A DNA stretch of 63,919 nucleotides, filler included, from Octopus bimaculoides (lineage: Eukaryota), in assembly GCF_001194135.2 (NCBI RefSeq). It is 6 parts of 6 records of this genome, joined end to end, with 100 filler letters (N's around TTAATTAATTAA, not from the genome) between each part and the next. Parts side by side here need not be neighbours in the genome. Positions count along the whole stretch, not along the records: positions 53,335 to 62,721 come from NC_068981.1; positions 62,822 to 63,919 come from NC_068994.1; 4 more parts are not named here. One strand, written 5' to 3'. The position numbers and the translations under genes were made by a program. The notes beneath the pieces were generated by a model. That model was not told the origin of the DNA and did not search any database. It was given only the letters and a program-made list of their open reading frames with translations. Position 1 is the first letter of the stretch, and every line of letters begins with the position of its first letter. This document shows, piece by piece, positions 53,335 through 63,919 of the stretch.

Positions 53335-54183
53335 CTGAAAGACTATCATTATACAGTGATTTCTTTTGTAATAATAATAATAATATTAATAATAATAATA
53401 ATGATAATAATAAAAATAATAATAGTAATACTAATAATGATGATGATGATGATAAAAATAATAATACTAATAATGCTAATAATAATAATAATAATATAAT
53501 GAAGGAGGATGCTGTAGAGAAAGTGAAGGTGGTGGTGAGGATATTGATGATGAAGAAAGATAGGCAAAAATAACAGACTATACGAAATGTGATTCCAAGA
53601 AATCTATTGTCTTTGAGAATATTCTATAGTTGCATTAAGCTGGAAGCTATATGCATAACATGTTTAGCCCTCAAGTGTGTAGATTTACTGAAAACAATAA
53701 TAGAAGAAGATGAAATATTTTTCAGTGTAAGTATATAAGTGTGTGTGTGTATGTGTATGTGTGTGGGTTTTAAAGATATATATATGCATGTACACATAGC
53801 ATGTTTAAGCACATTTGTATAGCCTACCTATGCATGAATATACATAAACATATTGCCAAACACTCATATACAAATTCATCTATATAAAATTGAAGACTGT
53901 ATATGTGCAAGCATGTATAATACATTAATATATATAATACATGTGTGTGTGTGTTATTTCTTTACTACCCACAAGGGGCTACACACAGAGGGGACAAACA
54001 AGAACAGACAAACGGATTAAGTCGGTTATACCGACCCCAGTGCGTAACTGGTACTTATTTAATCGACCCCAAAAGGATGAAAGGCAAAGTCGACCTCAGC
54101 GGAATTTGAACTCAGAACGTAGCGGCAGACAAAATACCGCTAAGCATTTCGCCCGGTGTGCTAACGTTTCTGCCAGCTCACCG

Positions 54184-54228
<45 letters not shown>

Positions 54229-54573
54229 CATGTATCAAACTAAATATACAACCAAAAGAGCTACTAATAGTTTCATGCAATTATGATACATGAATAGGCT
54301 TATTTATAAAATACACCATGTATCTTAAAGCAATATTTGAAGCTCTGTTTATGCATTAGATGTAATTTTTTTTAAATCAAGGATACTGGTCAGTAAGAAA
54401 ATAAGAAAAACATGAAGAAGTTTCATGCAAAAAAAATGGAACAAGAAAAACGAAGGAATATCAAAAATTATGATTCTTACCCTCCCTGACTGCAGAAAGC
54501 TCATTAAATACAACTAGTTTAGAATACATTAACAGAAAATATGTCTAAGTCTGCAAGACTCAATCTGTATATG

Positions 54574-54828
54574 TATTAGGTTGGCAACTAAGTTCCCACC
54601 GTTTTTTTTAATTAAAATTTTTTTAAAGGTTTAATAAAAAATAACAACTAATTAATCAATAATGTATTCACCCTTGTTGTTTATAAATTCTTCCCAATGT
54701 TCAATAAGATTTTCAATATCTCGTTGGTAGAAATCACCTGATTTCGACTTGAAAAATTGATCCAACCAAGCTCTCACTTCTGCATCAGTATTGAACTAAA
54801 CTCCACACATAGCATTTGAAAGAGGTTT
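54574..54828 (-). mobile_element. mariner 3' end fragment (same family as 14400-14646)
   Basis: TIR TATTAGGTTGGCAACTAAGTTCCC; minus translation ...AEVRAWLDQFFKSKSGDFYQRDIENLIEHWEEFINNKGEYIID*. Confidence 0.88.
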
Positions 54829-55316
54829 CTACAGTTGGATGCCCTTCTTAATGCCAACCACTTTACAGTGTACTGGATATTTTTTTATGAGGCACCAACA
54901 CCAGAGGGGTCATCAAGTAACTTGCAAGACAAAGACCTCTCAGCTGGAAGAGAGGAAGTGGTACCAAGGGAAGCGGATTTGTGTGAAGTGATTTGGTCAA
55001 ACAAGACAGGTTCATCTAATGAACCCACGTAATTTTAATTTGCATAGAGCTGAATCAAACTCTTATTAAATAAATGATATATATATGTATGTGTATGTGT
55101 GTGTTTGTATTTGCTCCCCCACTTCTGCTTGACTGCAGTTGGTTTGTTTATGCCCCGGTAACTTAGCAGTTTGGCAAACACATACCAATAGAGTAAGCAA
55201 CAGGTTTTAAAAAAATAAGTGCAGGGACGATTTGTGTGACTAAACTTGTCAAGTAGTGCTCCAGCATGGCTGTAGTCTAATAACTGAGACAAGTAATAGA
55301 TAAAAGATATATATAT

Positions 55317-55679
55317 ATAGGCGTAGGAGTGGTTGTGTGGTAAGAAGCTTGCTTCCCAACTATACGGTTCCGGGTTCAGTCCCACTGCGTGGCACCCTGG
55401 GCAAGTGTCTTCTACTACAGCCTCAGGCCAACCAAAAGCCCATTGTATATATGTGTGTGTGTGTGTCTGTGTTTGTTTCCCCCACCGTTTCTTGACAACT
55501 GATGCTGATGTGTTTACGTACCCGCAACTTAGTGGTTCAACAAGAAAGACTGATAGAATCAGTACTAGGCTGACAAAGAATAAATCCTGGGGTCGATTTG
55601 TTCGACTAAAGGCGGTGCACCAGCATGGCCGCAATCAAATGACTGAAACAAGTAAAAGAGCAAAAGAGAGTAAAAGAGA
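55317..55679 (+). mobile_element. SINE family A with internal deletion
   Basis: Head and tail intact; lacks the segment between CCAAAGCC and the internal microsatellite. Confidence 0.88.
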
Positions 55680-56924
55680 ATATATTGAAGCAAAACATTG
55701 GTAACACACCAATGACTTATTTATTAAACTAGTTGTCAAGATTGTGTTATAATATGCAAAACTGTAAGGTGGTGAGCTGGCAGAAACGTCAGCACGCTGG
55801 GCGAAATGCTTAGCGGTATTTCATCTGTCTTTACATTCTGGGTTCAAATTCTGCCGAGGTCAACTTTGCCTTTCATCCTTTCGGGTTTGATTAAATAAGT
55901 ACCAGTTACGCACTGGGGTCGATATAATCAACTTAATCTGTTTGTCTATCCTTGTTAATCCCCTCTTTGTGTAGCCCCCTAGGTTCAAACTTTTTACCAC
56001 ACAGCCACAACTGTGCCTATTGGCATCACCAGCAGGAAGTAGAGTGTGTGTGTGTGTGTGTGTGTGTAAAATGAAAAAGCAGAGATGAGAATGAAAGATG
56101 AAGTGACATATTTATGTATAATGTTTGAGAGACAACAAGAAACAAACAGAAAGAGAGACAAGAGAAAAATATTTTTTTTGTAATAGAATAATGAAAAAGA
56201 TTTAATAGGAAAGCAGCTTTGAAACTTGGACTTCAATAAGAAGCTATTTCAGAACAACAAATATAACTCAAAGCAGGAATACTTTTTGCTATATATACAT
56301 ATACACACAAACACACTATATATATGTGTGTGTATGTGTATATATATATATACACACACACACATACATTTACAGGCTTATACATATATATATATATATA
56401 TATGGGAGAATATACGAAAAAACAACAACAGACGAGGACAGGTGGTGTAAATAACAAAAGGATGTATTAGTATGACGCTCGGGAATACGGAAAGTCTTTG
56501 ACGTTTCCAGCTACGTTCTTCAACAGAAAGAATACGGAGACAAGGAGAAAAACACGGAGAAAAAAAATTGAATAGTGTCCAGTCAACGGTCAATCATAAT
56601 ANNNNNNNNNNNNNNNNNNNNNNNNNNNNNNNNNNNNNNNNNNNNNNNNNNNNNNNNNNNNNNNNNNNNNNNNNNNNNNNNNNNNNNNNNNNNNNNNNNN
56701 NNNNNNNNNNNNNNNNNNNNNNNNNNNNNNNNNNNNNNNNNNNNNNNNNNNNNNNNNNNNNNNNNNNNNNNNNNNNNNNNNNNNNNNNNNNNNNNNNNNN
56801 NNNNNNNNNNNNNNNNNNNNNNGGAGTGGGAAGGTAGAGTAGGAGTGTGTTGGGGTGTGGTGGGATGAGCTTATGAGGGGGTGTTGACGATGAAGGGGGA
56901 AGGGGAAGGTGGATGTAAGAGAGG

Positions 56925-56995
<71 letters not shown>

Positions 56996-58482
56996 TCAAA
57001 ACATGAAGTTGATATGAGTGGAAAGTATCCAAGAGAGACAGTGGTAGGCTGGTACATACTGGTTCTTGGTAAGGAGGTTGAATAGAGAAACAGTGTGAAC
57101 AGCTTGATAGGAGAAGAGGGAATCATAGAGAGATGCAGAGTAATGGAAGAGATGGAAGTGACAGGCAGATAGTGGGAGAGAGTGAATGATTAAATAAGAA
57201 TGGGTACTGGCAAAAAGAGAGTGAGTGAGAGCAACTCGAGAGAATGATACTAGGAAAGAGTGAGCAATAAAATGGAGAAGGGAGAGTAAAGTGAACTGAA
57301 CCAAGCTTTTGTCATAAACAATATGGTTGTGACCATTATCATACCAGAGGGACCGACAACATTCAACCATCAAATTAAAAGTTTTCATTTTACAAGCAAA
57401 AAGGGAAATTTGGTTGTTTTGGTTCGTATTTTTCAAGTATTGAAAATATGGAAATTTGTTTTGTTTTTTTTTTTTTGTTTTTTTTTTTCAAGAAATTATT
57501 CAAATGCTAATATAGCTAAAAATAATAGCTCATAAAATGTTGGGTAAATACCCAATACACATTAATACATACCTACATATCCATATATTTATTTACTTAT
57601 ATTTAATTTACCCATCCACCTTCACTTTGAATGAATGTATGCAGAGAATGTTATGCACAAGAGCATTGTTTGTGCATGTATACATGCATATGTGTTTGTG
57701 TGTATGGGTATGTGTATATCTATATGTGTGTGTGTGTTTGCGTGTATCTCTATTTGAAAATTTATCTATCAATGTATATACGTATATGTTTGCCTGTCTT
57801 TCTTTATATATGTATGTTTATATATATATGTATATATATATATATATATATATAATAATATTATATTTATCTTATGATATTTACTTTACTTTATATTATA
57901 CTCATTTATTGTGCTTTTAATTATTAATTTTTCTATATGTGATAGTGNNNNNNNNNNAGTACACACAGCCATAGATCTACCCACATACACAGTCATACCA
58001 TTGATGTATTAATACGGATATGTGTTTATGAGTGTGGGTGTGAGTGTTAGATGCAAACACCTGCATATGCATATATACACATAAACACATACACCTATCC
58101 ACCTATTTAAGCATAGATTTCTTTGTCTATTCCAGTACACACACATACAACATACACATTTATACACACAAACACACCAGCATATATATATATATATATA
58201 TATATATCCATCTTGTCATTTACTGTGACCCTCTATATACCACATTATCTATCCATATGTCTATATAACCATGTAAAACTATTTCTATACTTATATACCT
58301 GTTAGTAAATTTATATATCTATCTATATATCTATTTGTTTATGTATGCATATGCATGTCTATCTGTGTATATACCCCACTCTGTATATACATTAGATGTA
58401 TACATTTATTTACATTTCACTCTGATAGTTCATATGTCGGTATTTTCGGTCTATTCTTAATCGAGTTATTTCCATGGGATGG

Positions 58483-58656
58483 ATTTGAAAATTAGAATAT
58501 GAATTTTAACTTTTGGTGATAAATCTACCATTATCATTAACATTATCTAATAAAATCTAACATTATCATTATGATTATCGTTAATTCTTTTTTCAATTTA
58601 ATGATAATGTTAGATTTATCACCAAAACTTTAAATTCATATTCTAATTTTTCAAAT
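58483..58656. mobile_element. AT-rich MITE-like inverted repeat (~60-bp arms)
   Basis: ATTTGAAAATTAGAATATGAATTT...GGTGATAAATCTA.CATTATCATTAA versus its reverse complement at about 58598-58656. Confidence 0.7.
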
Positions 58657-58875
58657 TCACCTCTTACAAATAAATCAATATAGATAGGCAGCAACACAAA
58701 CGAACATTTAGAATTACTGGCAGACACACACAATAAGAGAGATGGAGATAAACTGCCAAATATATCAACAGAAAGATGTGGAGTGGGGTGCGTATGTGTG
58801 TGTGTGTGTGTGTGTGTGTGTACATCATTATCATTTAACATCTGTTTACCATATATATATATATGTATATATATA

Positions 58876-58954
<79 letters not shown>

Positions 58955-59213
58955 GGTCGATTAAATAAGTACCAGTAACGCACTGGGGTTGATATGATCG
59001 ACTTAATCTGATTGTCTGTCCTTGTTTGTCCCCTCTGTGTGTAGCCCCTTGCGGGCAGTAAAGAAATAAGAAATATAAATATTAGGGAGATGTGAGGGTA
59101 TAAACACAAGGGAGAGAGAAAGACAGACAGCAGGTGTAGATTAGACAGGAATATATTGGCCAAAAGGCCCAAATCTGTGAATAAATAAATAGATATGCAC
59201 GCACAAACATACA

Positions 59214-59429
59214 TACAAGGTGTCCACAAGGTCTGGGTACATGGAGTAAATAGAATCATAACATAAACAGTTAAATATAAGAAATAATAATTTCTTAATG
59301 TATGTGTTAATCCCCATGTGGGTACATGGAGTAAATAAAATCATAACATAAACAATTAAATATAAAAAATAATAATTTCTTATAGTATGTGTTAATCCCC
59401 ATGTACCCCAACTTTGTGGACACCTTGTA
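59214..59429. mobile_element. Tc1/mariner MITE with internal tandem duplication
   Basis: TIRs TACAAGGTGTCCACAA / TTGTGGACACCTTGTA with terminal TA. The GGGTACATGGAGTAAA...TAATCCCCATGT block is present twice. Confidence 0.85.
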
Positions 59430-62400
59430 TATTTGTATGTTTATCTCTTTAGCAATCAGATTACTTATGTAATGCTTATTTCTTATATTGTTTAGTATTA
59501 ATCCAAGCATTATCTCACAGCTTTGATATTTCGACGATGTGATTGTTTATTTTACAGAATAACATTGTAGGATAAGTGCAAGGGGCCAGATCTGACCCAG
59601 CTCAACATAAAACAGGTAGAATATTTCCGCCTGATATGGTTAGTTTAAATCTTTAAGGGTTAAACATAAGTATCCAGACAGAGGCATCATAGAGTCATTC
59701 AGAAGTTTACTTTGCAATTAAAAAGTTCCTGGTTAGATCCCGTTGAAGGGCATCTAGTGCAAGTGCCTTTAACCATAGCCTCAGGTCAACTCAGTATATC
59801 TAAGAATGAATGGATGGATGGATGGATAGGTGGACAGATGGGTGGGTGGATATAAATATTTAGAAAAAAATTGTGAAAATCTGGCTAAAAGCATATGTTC
59901 AGAATTTGTGACAGGAATGTCAACATATGGTTCTGCAATGTTTACAAGATGTTCTATTTTCCATAAAAAGAACCAAGCTTCATATGAAAGTTCTTGCTCA
60001 TTACATATTTGTATTCTGTAACAATATACCTTCTTCATACATTAACCCATATATGCCCATAAAAAAATGAAGTCTTAAAATTTCACAGTATTTAGATTAA
60101 ACGTGGACGTGCAATGGCTCGGTGGTTAGGGCAGCGGACTCGCGGTTGGAGGATCGCGGTTTCAATTCCCAGACCGGGCATTGTGTGTGTTTATTGAGCG
60201 AAAACACCTAAAGCTCCACGAGGCTCCAGCAGGGGGTGGTGGCGACCCCTGTTGTACTTTTTCGCTCCAGTTTTCTCTACTTCTTTCTTCCAGTTTCTTG
60301 AGTAAAGCTACGATGGACTGGCGTCCTGTCCAGCTAGGGGGAACACATATGCCATAGAAACCGGGAAACTGAGCCCATGAACCTAGCTAGACTTTAAAAG
60401 AGCGCACGAATAAATAAATTTAAATTAAACATTATGGTAAGCTTTCACAATCTGGAAGAGAAGGACAGTATGCAACTGTTAGCTACGGATGTTGACTACC
60501 TACTGCACATTTTGTATGCTCAGTCAGATGTTTCCTGGGGAGTTCATGATGCCAATTCCTCCTCCTCTTAAACAATCTTTCGTCTCCACTTGGTACCAAA
60601 AGCTTTTTCCTTTTCCTATTTCCCTGATCTTTTTGTTTTTGCAAATTAACTTGGCAACCTCACAAGGGTCAGTAGCATAAAAAAATGCACCCAGAACACA
60701 TACTCTCCTTTACTCTTTTATTTGTTTCAGTCATGTGACTGGCCATGCTGGAGCACCGCCTTTAGTCGAGCAAATCAACCCCAGGACTTATTCTTTGTAA
60801 GCCTAGTACTTATTCTATCGGTCTCTTTTGCCGAACTGCTAAGTTACGGGGAAGCAAACACACCAGCNNNNNNNNNNNNNNNNNNNNNNNNNNNNNNNNN
60901 NNNNNNNNNNNNNNNNNNNNNNNNNNNNNNNNNNNNNNNNNNNNNNNNNNNNNNNNNNNNNNNNNNNNNNNNNNNNNNNNNNNNNNNNNNNNNNNNNNNN
61001 NNNNNNNNNNNNNNNNNNNNNNNNNNNNNNNNNNNNNNNNNNNNNNNNNNNNNNNNNNNNNNNNNNNNNNNNNNNNNNNNNNNNNNNNNNNNNNNNNNNN
61101 NNNNNNNNNNNNNNNNNNNNNNNNNNNNNNNNNNNNNNNNNNNNNNNNNNNNNNNNNNNNNNNNNNNNNNNNNNNNNNNNNNNNNNNNNNNNNNNNNNNN
61201 NNNNNNNNNNNNNNNNNNNNNNNNNNNNNNNNNNNNNNNNNNNNNNNNNNNNNNNNNNNNNNNNNNNNNNNNNNNNNNNNNNNNNNNNNNNNNNNNNNNN
61301 NNNNNNNNNNNNNNNNNNNNNNNNNNNNTGGCAGACTATGTTATTTTGCCAACATGGTTTACATATAGAAGTACAAAGTACATAAGGAATTAGAGGATGA
61401 ACAGAAGTTTAATCTTACAGCTGTTTCGGCCTAGTTTTGGCAGGCCCCATTCTATCCAGAACGTCTACCAAATCCACTCACAAGGCTTTGGTCGGCCCGA
61501 GGCTATAGTAGAAGACACTTGCCCAAGGTGCCACGCAGTGGGACTGAACCCAGAACCATGTGGTTGGTAAGCAAGCTACTTACCACACAGCCACTCCTAT
61601 GCCTATATATATAAAGCCACATTATCTAGTGTTTTTTTTTTTTTTGTCCTAAAGCAGCAGCATTTAATTTGAGAGAGATGTGGCTGCTGTTTCCAGAGGC
61701 TACCTCCTTGGTTTGGCTACTATGGTTTGGCTACTATGGTTATGCCAATAATGATAAAAGTACAGAAACCGATCCTGCTTTATCTTCCTGCTACCAATTC
61801 CAACTCCCTTAATCACCCTGATCACTCCCATTCTGCTGCCCCTATGGAGTTGATAGATGAGTTCACCTGTTGATGAATATCTCTGATCTTGAAAAGGTCA
61901 TGGTAATTGGCAGTATTTACCAAAGTATGCCACGGAATAGATAAATATTTATACTTCATCTCATCTTCAATTACACGTATGCATTCACACACATGCATAC
62001 GTGCATGAACACACTTTCACCCACACATACACATACATATACATGCTTGTACACACTTGCACATACATGCGTGTATATACAAACTTTCTCGTACACATGC
62101 ACATTTTCATAGACACAAGCAAGCACATGCAAACATACTATTGTGTATATAGACATACAAAACCACACACAAACATACACGTCAAAATATGCATACACAT
62201 ATGCACAGAGATGCATGCACATTTGCAAATGTATACACACACATTCACACAAATATGCATATACTCTTTTACTCATTTACCTGTTTCAGTCATTGACTGT
62301 GGCCATGCTGGAGCACCGCCTTTAGTCAAGCAAATCAACCCCAGGACTTATTCTTTGTAAGCCTAGTACTTATTCTATCGGTTTCTTTTGCTGAAATACT

Positions 62401-62721
62401 AAGTTACTGGGACATAAACACACCAGCATTTGTTGTCAAGCAATGTTGCGGGGGGGGACAAACACAGACCCCCCCCCTCTCTCTCTCTCTCTCTTTATAT
62501 ATATATATGATGATGATGATGATGATCTTTTCTCCCGCCATGCCTCTGTCTACCCCTCCATCCTCTCTCTCTCCTTCGTAGTTTTTCCTTAAGGTCTTCA
62601 GGTTCTGGCTATATATAAATGAGAAACCCATTCTAAATTATCTCGCTGACATACTACGACGAAATACCCAAGATGCAGATAAGATAGAGATTTTTTATTT
62701 ATTTACGGCCTCAAACATCTC

Positions 62722-62821
62722 NNNNNNNNNNNNNNNNNNNNNNNNNNNNNNNNNNNNNNNNNNNNTTAATTAATTAANNNNNNNNNNNNNNNNNNNNNNN
62801 NNNNNNNNNNNNNNNNNNNNN
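62722..62821. other. Artificial 100-bp spacer
   Basis: Linker at 62766-62777. Confidence 0.95.
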
Positions 62822-63285
62822 TATCAGTGTGGTAGCATTCCATTTCTCTGCCAGTTCCCTTGTCGCTTGACGAGAATTTTCGTGCAAAAATTGGTTTAAT
62901 CACACTTCATCGAACTCAACTGGACGGCCAGAACGAGGTGTGTCTTTGAGGTCAAAATTTCCATTTTTGAATTTGGCATACCAATCATCAGCTATGACAT
63001 CCTCTCCATACACAGTACAAATGTCGCGAGCAGCTTTTGCGGCCTAACCTTGATTAAAAGCAAAAAGAAAGAGGTGTTGAAAATGCTCGTTTTTCTTAAC
63101 TTGACATTCCATTTTAATGATCTGAAAATAACAAAAATTAACTAAAATTAACGAGAAAAAAAAATGTAGATTCCAAAATTATTCAAAAATAGAAGTCTCG
63201 AAAAAAAATAGATTCCTAAATTTAAAAACGCAATAAATTCTAAAATTTAAAAAAACACGGCGGGAACTTATTTGCCAACCCAATA
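62822..63285 (-). mobile_element. mariner 5' end fragment (HTH region)
   Basis: TIR TATTGGGTTGGCAAATAAGTTCCC, then MECQVKKNEHFQHLFLFAFNQG*AAKAARDICTVYGEDVI...WYAKFKNGNFDLKDTPRSGRPVEFDE. Cut by the spacer. Confidence 0.9.
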
Positions 63286-63919
63286 TTTAGAAAGTTACCC
63301 TCCAAGGCACAAGTCCGGGCAAGATTGGTTATGGAAGACTAGCAGTTGCCCATCCATGCCGGTCTTCCCTCTCCATGCCACTAGTGATGTGTAAGGGAAA
63401 GGCAAAGGACGATACACTTTGGCACCTGTTACATCGCAACTCATTTCTATAGTTGAGTGAACTGGAGCAACGTGAAATAAAGTATATTTCTCACTACCTC
63501 ATAATTGTGAATCCGACGCGCTAAACACTGAGCCATGAAAATCATTAACATTGTCTTAGTACACTTTCTGAAAGTATCAAGAATAAATAACAGAAGACTA
63601 TTAATTGTTTTCAAATATTCTTTACAACATAGGTACAAGGCCCGAAATTTTCGTGGAGAAGGCCAGTCGATTAGATCGATCCCAGAACGCAAATGATACT
63701 TAATTTATCGACCCCGAAAATATGAAAGGCAAAATCGACCACGGTAGATTTTGAACTCAGAACGTAACGGCAGTCGAAATACTGCTAAGCATTTCTCCCA
63801 GCGTGCTGACGATTCTGCCAGCTCGCTGCCTGATTGCTTTAAAATATTGACACAAGTTTAGCAAGTTTGAGAGGATGGGCAAATCAATTATTATTAAATT
63901 TCAGCTGCAGACAATGACG

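Overview
AT-rich, microsatellite-saturated animal DNA with many N gaps. The tRNA-derived SINE families and the (TA)n/(TG)n/(TATC)n load point to an octopus genome (inference from repeat content). The window is probably not one locus. Five identical 100-bp spacers (44 N + TTAATTAATTAA + 44 N) split it into six pieces: 1-14823, 14924-30271, 30372-36636, 36737-53234, 53335-62721 and 62822-63919. The only well-supported host gene is a minus-strand CHST15/GalNAc4S-6-sulfotransferase-like gene. Three of its exons (24987-24768, 20669-20550, 16567-16411) splice in frame, and its 5' and 3' exons are not visible. Most other recognisable sequence is mobile DNA: four SINE families, mariner elements, hAT/Tc1/other MITEs, and relics of Gypsy, RTE, Penelope and DNA-transposase coding sequence. 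The most unusual items are an isolated 74-bp 28S rRNA piece bounded by the canonical R2 and R1 insertion sites, an ORF1-only LINE-like element with an A-rich tail, and CpG-decay domains readable from SINE copies. Nearly all long ORFs in the supplied track are artefacts of microsatellites or Ns. I see no evidence of a new multi-gene system.
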